Shown here: positions 38,271 to 49,815 of the stretch, in pieces
Numbering within the stretch: the stretch's first letter is position 1
Layout of the letters: each line of letters begins with the position of its first letter
NCBI RefSeq assembly: GCF_036321535.1
Contig: NC_087437.1
Coordinates: 18,540,001-18,604,000, forward strand
Length of the DNA: 64,000 nucleotides
Source: Camelus dromedarius
Lineage: Eukaryota
Direction of reading: 5' to 3'
Translations under genes and position numbers: made by a program
The notes under the pieces: model-generated
The model's input: the letters and a program-made list of their open reading frames with translations, nothing else
Database searches by the model: none
What the model was told of the DNA's origin: nothing

Positions 38271-38333
38271 AGAAACCCTTTCGACTACCTGAATGGCGAG
38301 TATCAAGCCAAAAAGCTCTCCAGATTTGCCAGG
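38271..38333 (+). CDS. ESYT3: ESYT3 exon 14 (63 nt)
   Basis: ctgcag|RNPFDYLNGEYQAKKLSRFAR|gtacgt. Confidence 0.94.
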
Positions 38334-38335
38334 GT

Positions 38336-38338
<3 letters not shown>

Positions 38339-38376
<38 letters not shown>
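38339..38376. repeat. (TG)19 microsatellite abutting exon 14 donor
   Basis: Direct read. Confidence 0.97.
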
Positions 38377-38377
<1 letters not shown>

Positions 38378-38922
38378 CTGAAAACTCAAAAGAAAGTCAC
38401 AGCTCCTTTTCCCCAGAGTAACCACTGCCCCGTGTCTTCTGGACGACACTGTGCACAAGGCGTAGGGATGATGAGAACTGCCATTTACCGAGTCTGCCAT
38501 GTGCCGGGCACTGGGCTTGGCAGCTCCTCCCCACACCTGTTATGCCTGAGTCCCATGACTGTGTGTCTGTTTTTATTGCCATTTGAAAATAGGACCCAGA
38601 AGTCTAAATGCCTGGGTCACACAGCTAAGGGGGACCTGGAACACGACTCCACCCTGTTGGTGTCCACAGCTCTAGGGAACAAGAGTCTGTGCTCAGCCAG
38701 GCCCAGCTCTGACCTCAGCTTGGAAGCTACCCCCAGGGTCAGCCCTGTCCAGGTGCTGCCACAGGAATGGCAGCCAGGGCCTGGGAGCACCAGGGGAGCC
38801 TTCTCTCAAAGGAAGCAGTTGGGTGGCCTCAGGTCCCACTGGCGCTCCTGGGGGCTGGGAGGCAGGGTCTCAGGCTGGCACTGAGGGTACCAGCTCCATT
38901 CTGTGGATTTGCCTCCTCACAG

Positions 38923-38991
38923 AATAGAGTCAGCAGAGACCCGTCTTCCTATGTGAAGCTGTCTGTAGGCAAGAAGACACACCTGAGCAAG
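38923..38991 (+). CDS. ESYT3: ESYT3 exon 15 (69 nt)
   Basis: tcacag|NRVSRDPSSYVKLSVGKKTHLSK|gtaaga. Confidence 0.95.
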
Positions 38992-39527
38992 GTAAGACAG
39001 CTTGGCATGGAGCCAAGGACTAAGGAAATGGGGGCCACCTTTTCAGGGACAAAAGCAGAAGAGAATTGGCTTGCACTGAATGCCTAGTCAGTGCCAGCAC
39101 ACATCCTAGGTACTTTATATTGTCTTCAAAATAACCTCTGATAGTCGGAGATCAGCGACTGGCCTAAGGGCACATGCTAGAAAGCAGCAGAACTAAGGTT
39201 CAAGCTCAGGCGTGGCTCCAAGCCTGTGTCCTTTCCATGGCCCCAGCAGCAGAAATCCGGCGGGCCTCCTCCCCCTGGAAGTGAGCTCTAACGCTGGTGT
39301 GATTTCAGCCCCTGTGAGACTTCCTGACACAGCTCTCCTTGCTTTGAGGCTGGCCCGCCGGCCCTAGCGCCCCCCACGAGCTGCAGTGCACAGCGGTCTG
39401 TTCCTGGGCAGACACAGAGTAGGTTCCCAAAGACACCAGGTAGCCAGAGTGAGAGCAGACAGAGGGCACTGGTTTCCAGCTGTGCCCAACCTGACCCTTC
39501 AGTGATCTTTCCTTCTGCTGTCCCCAG

Positions 39528-39614
39528 ACTTGTCCCCACAGCAAGGACCCTGTGTGGAGCCAGGTGTTCTCCTTCTTCGTGCACAACGTGGAGACTGAAC
39601 AGCTGCATCTGAAG
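39528..39614 (+). CDS. ESYT3: ESYT3 exon 16 (87 nt)
   Basis: ccccag|TCPHSKDPVWSQVFSFFVHNVETEQLHLK|gtttgc. Confidence 0.95.
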
Positions 39615-40346
39615 GTTTGCTTGAAGTTGGGCTCTTAGAACAGAGCTAAGAGGTGTCTGAGCCAGGAGGGGTGGAGAGCTTGAGCGGCTCCCCTGGCTAT
39701 AAAGTCATACCCTTGTGTGTGGAAAAGGATGCTGAGGGCCCACAGCTTCATGAGGCTGGTGCCCAAGGTCATTGAGTAAGAGGCTGTGGAAGCACAAACC
39801 CTCAAGTCCCTTGGTGCTCCCTGCAAGAGTCTCTCTGGTTGTTACATGGCACCCAGTGTGGCCTGAGTTGGCACTTGGCTAGAACATTAATGATGATTTA
39901 CTTCTTTAAAAAATATTTAACCTTCACAAAAGATCTGTGAAAGAGATAACTTCTTTACACATGAGCAAACAGAGGCTCAAATGATGACTCATCCAAGATG
40001 TCATGACCAACGAGCGGTAGAACCGGGGTATCGGGGGCCCTGAGCCCTGCCTGGATGTCCCATCAGGGAGCAGCACAGCTCATCGGTCCCTAAAGCCCTG
40101 ATGGCCCCAGGCATTTGACAGACTTGCCTCATATAGATCAGTTATCTACAGAGTCACCCTCTTGCTCTGACTGCAGGCAGGGACCAGGCCTGACTCCATT
40201 CCCAGTTTCAGAACAGGACCAGAGGCCAGTAGAAGCACAGTATATCCTTACTGAAGTGAGCTCAGACTTGGTTGGTGCCCAGAGAGTGGCGGTGGTGAGG
40301 GTGGGGCTTGGTTATCCTCTTGTGTTATGACTGGCCCACTGCCCAG

Positions 40347-40496
40347 GTGCTTGATGATGACCAAGAATGTGCTCTCGGAGTGCTGGAGTTCCCACTGTGC
40401 CAGGTTCTTCACTGTGCAGACCTCACCCTCGAGCAGCGCTTTCAGCTGGACCACTCAGGCCTGGACAGCCTCATCTCCATGCGGCTGGTGCTTCGG
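40347..40496 (+). CDS. ESYT3: ESYT3 exon 17 (150 nt, end of C2B)
   Basis: gcccag|VLDDDQECALGVLEFPLCQVLHCADLTLEQRFQLDHSGLDSLISMRLVLR|gtaaac. Confidence 0.95.
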
Positions 40497-40589
40497 GTAA
40501 ACCTTTCCCCTCTTCCCCCAGGGGAGGCAGGGGGTGGACTGTCCCAGCACTAAGTACCTACACTGTGCTGGGAAGCAGCTCAGAGGTGA

Positions 40590-41620
40590 TTCATGGTTTT
40601 CATCAATTCCAGAATATTGTCAGCTCTTGTCTCTTCAAATATTGCCTCTCTCAATCTTTAATCTCTCGTTGTTATGATGGACCTTCTCGTCCTTTCCATG
40701 GCTTGACCTGACCTTCACATTCTCCATCTCTTCACCTCTTGGTGCTACATTCTAATTATCTCAGACCTGTCTTCCAGACCGCTCATTCTTTCTTTGGCTA
40801 TGGCTAATCTGCTGTTTAACCTGTTCAGTGTTTATTTCAAAGGCTGTTTTTCATGTTTAACCTTATCCTTTCCAAATCTAAAATGTCTTTTTTTTTGTTG
40901 TATTTTATTATATTCTCCGTGTGTCTATTCCTTCTGTAATCATTTGAAAATGCTTATAATGTATGTCTGTTAATTCTGTTATCTGAAGATCTTGGGAGTT
41001 AAATTTTGATGTCTGTTTTATCTGATGCTTTCTCATGGTGACTCATTTATCCACTTGGTAACTTGTGTTGCAGACATCTGTTCACTGTTCCTTTATGGAC
41101 TGGATTGAGGTTGTTCACTTCCAAGGAAGTTCTGCTTTGGCTGCAACCAAGCACCTCAGGGGCATTACAAACCTGGGTCCACTTTTAATTTGGGGTTTCA
41201 AGACCCCACAGGTTATAGAAGTATGAAAATTCACAGGAGACAGGTCTGTAAGGTGCCATTCTTATTCTCAGTTAAGACTTTATTTACCCCCAACCATCAG
41301 TCTTTGCTGGTGGGCAGAATGTTTATTTATTCTTCACTACTTTTTCACTGAAGACACACCACCTTCATGGGTCCTACATTGACCCAAGGCCTCTTCTAAC
41401 CTCTTGGATTCCAGGGTTGATAAATGACTCTGAGAAAGTTAACGTTTATTTTTCAGTTCTCTTTTTTTTTCAGCTTAGTGTTGTTTTTTTTTTAACCTAG
41501 TGGTTTACTTGTGAATTTGGCTATGCATATAAAAGTATATTTGTTTCATTTTATCGAGCATTCCTAACATGAGGTTTTTCGGAATATTTTGACCACCATA
41601 TTGCTGCAAATGGAAGTTCC
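40590..41620 (-). mobile_element. Very old L1/HAL1-like remnant in intron 17
   Basis: T-rich tract with motifs tcttcaaatattgc, ctgtcttccag..ctcattctttct..ctaatctgctgtttaacc. Confidence 0.55.
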
Positions 41621-42205
41621 TTGAAAGTGTCTTAATGATTGATGGAAAAAGAGGAAGGAGAAACACAATGGCTGAGGTTTGAAACCTTGGTGCTAGGAGC
41701 ACAGGGTTGTGACTGGATAGGAAACACATTCTCGGGAAAGCAGTGGTGAATAAGATGACAGCCAGAAATGAGCATATCCAGAAGGCAGCTGGTGATACAT
41801 GTGAAGGTTAAGGCGAGCGCAAGACTGTGGGGTGTAGGTCTAGAAGTCTTCTGAACAGAGGAAAAGTGCAGGAAAAGTGAGAATGGGCAGGGCTCCAGCA
41901 GCCATTATGACTATAGTGAGAGAAGGCGGCCAGGACTGAGTCTGCATGAAGACTAGTGAGGCAGGAGGAAGGGAAAAGACTGACAGTCTAGTCAGAGGGA
42001 GACAGAGGCCTGGAGAGGTTAAGGAAGATACGGTCTGGGGGTAAAAATCCATGGGATTGGGCAGTCAGGAAGAAACTGAGTTTTGAGAAAATTGTTCCTT
42101 CCAGAAAAGAGGAGAAGGAACCATTTCCCAGAGGTGAAGGTGAGAGCAGAGGAGGAAGTAGAAGTGGCGGGCCAGCCCATAAACAACCCTGTCATCTGCT
42201 TGCAG

Positions 42206-42702
42206 TTCCTGCACGTGGAAGAACGAGAGAGGGGAAGCCCATACACTGGACCTGAAGCCCTCAAGAAAGGCCCTCTGTTCATTAAGAAGGTGGCCGCCAA
42301 CCAGGGCCCCAGAGCCCCACCTCAGGGAGAGAGCCCTGCAGATTTGCCACGTCCCCCAGACCCTGTTTCTGATACCAAGGAAGCCTCCAAGAGCACCACA
42401 ACCACCCCCAGTGCCACCACTGCTGCCACGAAGCCCACGCCTCAAGAGATGGGCCCAGAGCCCAAAGGCAAGGACAGTGCCAGAGGGGTCTGTGCGCCCG
42501 TGGGGGAGAAGAAGAGTATGGCCACCATCTTCCTGACTGTCCCAGGCCCCCACTCTCCAGGGCCCATCAAGTCACCCAGACCCATGAAATGCCCTGCCTC
42601 CCCATTCGCATGGCCGCCCAAGAGGCTGGCTCCCAGCATGTCCTCGCTCAACTCCCTGGCCTCTTCCTGCTTTGACCTGACAGATATCAGCCTCAACATT
42701 GA
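42206..42702 (+). CDS. ESYT3: ESYT3 exon 18 (497 nt, Pro/Ser/Thr-rich linker)
   Basis: ttgcag|FLHVEERERGSPYTGPEALKKG...SCFDLTDISLNI+GA|gtatgc. Confidence 0.94.
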
Positions 42703-43400
42703 GTATGCACCTCTCTGCTTCATCTTTTCTAAAATCACCTGCATGAAAAGTACCTCCCTGGATGGAAAAGTAGATATGGACTTACTTTTCTGTGCAAGTT
42801 CTGATTTTTCACAAAATGGCTTCACGAGAGGCAGCATGGTGGAAGAGAACACAGGATGGGGAAGAAAGAGAGCGCATGTGTACCTGCCAAAAGTCTGGCG
42901 GGGCTCTAGCTACATACCAGCTGTAACGTACATGCTGGACTTTGGTTGCTAAGGTCCCTTCCTTACAGGCAGAAACATATCCTGAATTCTAAAGAGCTAT
43001 ACTGGGATGATAATGGAAAGTTTAGAATGTGGAATTATACAATCAGTGGCTGTTATTAAGTGTTTACTCTGGGCTTATCATGTTATTTAATTCGATCTTT
43101 ACAACAATTCTCCAAGACAGAACTCATTACCATAAAGGTTGAATAGCTCTCCCAAGGTTCCACAAGAAATTATGGTAGAAAGGCAGATTGGCTCCAGGGT
43201 TCGTGTTCTTCCTGCTGTGAAGTAGGATAATCACACACGAATGCTGGAGAGAACTGACTACAAGGAACCTCACTAAGGATTATTTTATTAACTCACATGG
43301 CTCCATGTTCCAAAAGCAGATATATATGCTGCTGTCGTGGGGGTGGTGGGAGAGGCCAGCACTTGTCATGGCAGAGAAATGACAAGTCCTTTCTTTACAG

Positions 43401-43499
43401 AGGCGGGGATCTCAGGCAGCGAAGGCTGGGTGAGATTCAGCTCACGGTGCGCTACGTGTGTCTGCGGCGCTGTCTCAGCGTGCTCATCAACGGCTGCAG
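43401..43499 (+). CDS. ESYT3: ESYT3 exon 19 (99 nt, start of C2C)
   Basis: ttacag|A+GGDLRQRRLGEIQLTVRYVCLRRCLSVLINGC+AG|gtacag. Confidence 0.95.
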
Positions 43500-44014
43500 G
43501 TACAGGGCTGCCAGGGCCAGCACGGGTGGCCGGCAGCGTCAGGAAACCACGAATCCGGGTGGGGGTACTTGGAGCAATGGCAGGGGCAGGCAGCCCCAAA
43601 GTAGACAAGTCATGTATTTGGAAGGAATGAGGCTTGAAGGCCTGCATGCTGTGTAACCAGGTCCTCAATGGTTTTGACGGGCCCCAGAGCCCAGGGCTTT
43701 GCTCAGACCCACCCACTGCAACGCTGTCTTGTGGGGCGGGGAGCTAGGACACTTTCTTCGGTGAGACTCTTCAACTTCCTTTAGATGGAAAGTACTTGGC
43801 TCTACTCCAAACTTTATAAAAACACACGTTTTCAAAACCATGCATCTGTTTGACCTGTAAATTCTTTTGTTTTTTTGGTCATCTAGACTATAGGGCATAT
43901 TCATCCTCAAGGCCATCTAAAGCTTTACGGCTAGGAAAGCTTTCTCCAAATGAGTATTTTAAGTATTTCACAACCAGGGTCCTTTTTTCTTTAATGTCTT
44001 TGAAACCAAACCAG

Positions 44015-44146
44015 AAACCTGACACCCTGTACCAGCAGTGGAGCTGATCCCTACGTCCGTGTCTACTTGTTGCCAGAAAGGAGATGGGCAAGTCGTAAGA
44101 AGACCTCAGTGAAGCGGAAGACCCTGGAGCCCCTGTTTGATGAGAC
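44015..44146 (+). CDS. ESYT3: ESYT3 exon 20 (132 nt, C2C basic patch)
   Basis: aaccag|A+NLTPCTSSGADPYVRVYLLPERRWASRKKTSVKRKTLEPLFDE+AC|gtaagt. Confidence 0.95.
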
Positions 44147-45217
44147 GTAAGTGGCCCAGCTGGCCTGCGTAGAGTGCTTCAGCCGTCCCTGTTTGCCGAG
44201 CACCTCTCGTGTGCCCGGCCACCTGCCAGGTGCCAGGAAGGGCTGGGGCTGAACAAGACAACATGGTCTGTGCCTTCATGAAGCTTCTATACGTCAGTGG
44301 GAGAAAAGGAGTGCCAGGGAAGTTTAGCAAAACAGCCACCCACTTTTCTTGCCCATAGGGGCTAAAGCTTTCCTGAGTATGAAATATTCCATACCCTTTC
44401 TCTTTAAATGAAACCCTTTGGCAGTAAAAGGATTTGAACCTGGTCAAATAGGCTTCCTTTCAATCAAAACTAAACATACCTTGATCTTAAGGACCTAAAA
44501 CTTCCTCCAAAGCTCCAAGCTCTTTGGCCTGTCTTCCCTCCTGCAGCAAAGTAGGTGGCAGGTGAAAGATACCCTCCCCTAGTTTGTCCACCCATGTCCT
44601 TGGGGACAAAACTGGTAGACAGAATCTAATCACGTTTCTTGCTTTTGATAGGTCTGTGGGGGCAAGTCTTATCCTAAATACTCTTATTTTTGATTTCAAG
44701 TTGACCACAAGGTATAGAAGTCAGAATCTTATCACTGTTCCCTTCTGCTGTGGGATCCTGAGAACATTTCTAGCTAGCCTAGGAAGATATACCTAAGCAA
44801 TGTTGATTTCCTCTTATCTTGGTCCATAACTACTCATTTTAAAAAGACTGAGTCCTTTTTGGGCCATATCGAAAAATATGTTTCTTCAAGAACTGCACTT
44901 TGCATTCTTCAATATCTAGATTGAGGGAGAGAGAATTTATTCATTCAATACTTACTGAACACTTTATGCCAGGCACCATCATATATTCTCAAGTGAAAGA
45001 CTTTGCCTTCAAAAAGAACTCTGACATAATTGTAAAAGGATGTCAGAATTGCTCTGTGGGAACATAGGAGGTTGACTTTTGTGACAAACCTAATCTGTTA
45101 GTAATTCTCTCAAAATTCTAACAGCAAGATAAGCCTGGGTTATCTGAAAACTTGTCAACCTCCACCCTAAATAAACCTAGAAGTAAGGAGTCCAGAGGCC
45201 TCTTGTTAGGTACATGA

Positions 45218-48200
45218 CACATACCACATATAAATAATTAAAATCCAGAGTTAAAGAGGGAATCTTAAAAGCAGCAAGAGAAAAACAACTAGTTCCATAT
45301 AAGAGAATGCCCCCTCCCCCATAAGACTATCAGCAGAAACTTTGCAGGCCAAAATGCAGTGGCACTTTACATATTCAAAGTGCTGAAAGAAAAAAGCTTC
45401 CAACCTAAAATACTCTACTGGGCAGTTACCATTCAGAATTGAAGGGAGAGTTTTCCAGACCGGCAAAAATTAAGGGAGTTCATCACCGCTAAACCAGCCT
45501 ACTGGAAATTTAAGCTGAAAAAGGATGTTAGTTTAATAACAAGAAAACATACAAAAGTATAAATCTCACTGGTAGAGGTAAATGGTAAAGGTAATGGGAT
45601 TAATCACTTACAAAGCTGGTATGAAGGTTAAAAAACAATAGTAGTAAAAAAAAAAAAAACTAACTACAGTAATTAAGGGATACATAAGATAAAAAGATGT
45701 AAAATGTGACATCAAAAACATAAAATATGGGGGTGGGGTGAGAATGAAAGTGTAGAGCTTTAGAATCCATTCAAACTTAAGTTATCATCACTTAAAATAG
45801 ACTGTTATTAGAGAACAACTTATAACTACAAAGCAAAAACCTTTAGTGGGTACATAAAAGATAAAATAAGTATATACCTATCAGTAATTACTTTAAAGGT
45901 AAATGGACTAAATTCTCCAATTAAAAGATACAGAGTGACTAAGTGGATTCCAAAAAACAAGACCCATGTATATGCTGCCCACCAGAGACTCACCTGAGAT
46001 CTAAAGACACAGACTGAAAGTGGAAGAATGGAAAAAGATATTCTATGCAAATGAAAACCAAAAGAAAGCCAGGATATAACTATACTTATATCAGACAAAA
46101 CAGACTTTAAAACAAAGGCTGTAATAAGAGACAAACAAGGGCATTACATAATGATGAAAGGGTCAATCCAACAAGAGGATACAATATTTGTAAATATTTT
46201 ATGCACCCAACGTAAGAGCACCTAGTATATAAAGCAAATATTCATAGACCTAAAGGGAGATGTAGACAGCAATACAACAAAGTAGGGGACTTCAGTACCC
46301 TACTTTCATCAGTGGACAGATCATCCAGACATATTCAATAAGGAAACTAGCTGTATATGATATATTAAATCCATCTGGTATAACAACTATGTATAGAACA
46401 TTCCATCCCAAAACAGAACACACATTTTCAAGTACACATAGAGCATTCTCTAGGATAGATCATATGTTAGGCTACCGCAAACAAGTCTTAATAAATTTAA
46501 GAAGTTGAAATCTTATCAAGAAATCAAAAAGATACATCTATCAAAATGCATCAAATTGTACACCTGAAATATGTGTAGTTTACTGTACAGAAATTATACA
46601 ATAAAGCTTAAAAAATAAAAAAACACCTGAGACAAAATGGAAATGTAACATATCAAAAATTATGGGATGCAGCAAAAGCAGTTCTAAGAAGGAAGTTCAT
46701 AGCAATAAACATGTACATCAATAAGCAAAACAAAATAATCTCAAATAAAAAACCTAACTTAACACTTCATGGAACTAGAAAAAGTAGAGCAAAGTCCAAA
46801 GTTAACAGTAAATAAAGTAAATAAAGATCACAATGGAAAGAGGCTAAAAAGAAAATTAAAGAAATAAGAATCCAAAAGAAGAAGTAAAACTCACTATTTG
46901 AAGATGATGCTTTATATAGAGAATCCTAAATATGCCACCAAAAAACTATTAGAACTAATAATGAATTCAGTAAAATTGCAGGGTACAAAACTAATATACA
47001 GAAATCCACTGCATTTCTATATGCTAACAACAAACTATCATAAAGAGAAATTAAGAAAATAATCTCATTTACAATTGCATCAAAAAGAATAAAAGATCTA
47101 GGAATAAATCTAAGGAGGTAAAAGACCTGTACCTGAAAACATTACAAGACACTGATAAAAGAAATTGAAGACACAAATGGAAAAATATACCACGCTCATG
47201 AACTGGAAGAATTAATCATGTTAAAATGTCCATACTACCCAAAGCAATCTACAGATTGAATGCAATCAAAATTCCAATGGCATTTTTCACAGAAATAAAA
47301 CAATCCTAAAATTTGTATAGAACCACAGAAGAACCAAAGCAATCATGAGAAAGATGAACAAAACCAGAGGCATCATGCTCCCTAATTTCAAACTCTATTA
47401 TAAAACTATAAGAAAAAAAAAAAAAACCCAGCATGTACTGGCATAAAAACAGAAACAGATGGGGGTGGAGGGTGGGTACAGCTCAGTGGTAGAGTGTATT
47501 CCTAACATGCACAAGGTCCTGGATTCAATCCCTACTACCTCCATTAAAAAAAAAAAAAAAAACCTAATTAGCTACCCTCCCCCCAAAAAACCAGATACAG
47601 ATCAATGGGGGGTGTATTTGTAAAGATACAGAAATAAATTCATGCATGTGTGTCAGATTAATTTACAGCAAAGGAGCCTAGAATGTATAATGGGGGAAAA
47701 GACAGTCTCTTCAATAAATGGTGTTGGGAAAACTGGACAGCCACCTGCAAAAGAGTGAGACTCAACCACTATCTTATACCATACACAAAAACTAACTCAA
47801 AATGGACTAAAGACTGATAAAAGAAATTGAAGAAGACACAAATAGAAAGATATACCAGTAAGAGCTAAAACCATAAAACTCTTCTAAGAAAACATAGGTA
47901 AGTTAAGCACCGTGACATCAGTCTTGACTCCAGATGTGACACCTAAAGCAAAGGCAACTAAACCAAAAATAAACAAGTGGGACTAAATTAAAGTAAAAGG
48001 CTTCTGCACAGCAAAGGAAACCAAAAGCAAACCAAAAGCAAAATGAAAAGGCAACCTACTGAATGGAAGAAAATGCAAATCATGTATCTGATGAGTGGTT
48101 AATAACTAAAACCTATAAAGAACTCACTCAAGTCAGCAAAAATCAAACAATTTGATTAAAAAATGGGCAGAGGATCTGAATGGACATTTTTTTTTAAAGA

Positions 48201-49178
48201 AGACATACAGATGGTCAACAGGTACATGAAAAGATGCTCAACGTCATTAACCATCAGAGAAATGCAAATCAAAACCACAATGAGATATCACCTCACACCT
48301 ACTAGAAAGATTATTGTCAAAAAGACAACAAATAAGTGTTGGCGAGGATGTGGAGAAAAGAGAATCCTTCTGCACTGTTGGTGGGAGTGTAAATTGGTGC
48401 AGCCTCTATGGAAAACAGTATGGCGTTTCCTCAAAAAATTAAAAATAGAACTACCATACCATGCAGCAATTCTACTGTGGGTGTTTATCAAAATATAATA
48501 CTATTTCAAAAAGATAAATGCATCCCCATGTTCACTGTGGCATTATTTATGATAGCTAAGACATGGAAACAACCTAAATGTCCATCCATGAAGGAATGGG
48601 TTAAAAAAAAAGTACATATATACCATAGAATATTAGTCAGCCATGAAAAAGAATGAAATCTTCCTATTTGCAACAACTTGGATAGACTTTGAGGGCATTA
48701 TGCTAAGCAAAATAAGTTAGGTAGAAAAAAATAATTACTTATGATCTCACTTATATGTGGAATCTAAAAATACTAAAAACCAACCAAACAAAAAAACACA
48801 AGCTTGTGGATAAAGAGAACAGACTGGTGGTTGCCAGAGGTGGGAGTAGGGTGTGTGTGAAATAGGTGACTTGGATCAACAGGTGCAAATTTCCAGTTAT
48901 AAAATGAGTAATTCATGGGAATATAACATACAGCATGGTGACCATAGTTGATACTGTATTACACATTTGAAAGTAGTAGGAGAGTAGATTTTGAAAATTC
49001 TTGTCACACAAAAAAAATTTTGTAACTATGTATGGTAATAGATGTTAACTGGACTCATTGTGGAGATCATTTCACAGGATACACAAATATCGCATCATTA
49101 TTGTACACATGGAACTAATATAATGCTAAGTCACTTATATTTCAACTAACAAAATTAAAAGACTTTAAAAAATAGTAA
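45218..49178 (+). mobile_element. ~4-kb decayed L1 (ORF1 3' part, ORF2 with internal deletions, L1MA-like 3'UTR) in intron 20, sense orientation
   Basis: ORF1 motif atcttaaaagcagcaagagaaaaa, EN motif gtaaatggactaaattctccaattaaaaga, RT F(A/E)DD remnant ~46897, ORF2 C-terminus 48163-48498; flanking direct repeat. Confidence 0.92.
47461..47590 (+). mobile_element. tRNA-derived SINE (Vic-1-like) nested in L1
   Basis: A/B boxes (agctcagtggtagag, ggattcaatccc), A tract, aacctaatta...cccccc tail; degenerate TSD aaaacagaaacagat/aaaaccagatacagat. Confidence 0.85.
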
Positions 49179-49709
49179 TAAGGAGTCCAGAGGCTTCCTG
49201 TGAGTACATGATAAAGCCTGTACAGTAAGATTCCTCTGCTTTATTCCACAAGCAGAAGTGGGATGAGGCCACTATTTCCATGCAATTCCAGCCAACCTAA
49301 CTATTCAGCATCCTAGCCCTTATCTGGTCAGAAAAAAACAACTTAGAAAGGGGTTGAGGTGGTCCTTTGAAGCAGGCACAGTTCAGAGACAGAAGGGGCA
49401 GCTGAAAGAGTGACAATCAGGGTAGAGTCAGAGAAGGAAAGGTGTGAACCCCAAAGCACAGCAGTCCAAGGGACCTCTCAGAGAGGCAGTGGCCTCTTGA
49501 CACTTGCAGGGTTTGTGAACAACACAGGACAGGGACTGTCTGCAGCAGGGATGCCCTGAGTGTCTGCTGAGTCGGTGCTGTTCTAGATGCTCCTCTCAAT
49601 AGTCTCTGTCTTCTGCTTTAAAGGTAGGAAAATGGATGAAACACTTTAGATTTTCAACAAAATGATTAAAATATATAAATCTCACTTCTTGACTTGTTGC
49701 TTCTTAAAG

Positions 49710-49815
49710 ATTTGAATTTTTTGTTCCCATGGAGGAAGTAAAGAAGAGGTCACTAGATGTCGCAGTGAAAAACAGCAGGCCTCTGGGCTCCCACAGAAGG
49801 AAAGAGCTAGGAAAA
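49710..49815 (+). CDS. ESYT3: ESYT3 exon 21 (106 nt)
   Basis: ttaaag|A+FEFFVPMEEVKKRSLDVAVKNSRPLGSHRRKELGK|gtaagt. Confidence 0.95.

Noticed and set aside
47461..47545. tRNA gene-like sequence
   Set aside because: Degenerate cloverleaf with A tail and TSD: a SINE head
48163..48656. ORFs with strong protein-like motifs (also 933-1139, 19444-19765, 53443-54047)
   Set aside because: Broken L1 ORF2 C-terminal remnants, not genes; no intact retrotransposon in the window
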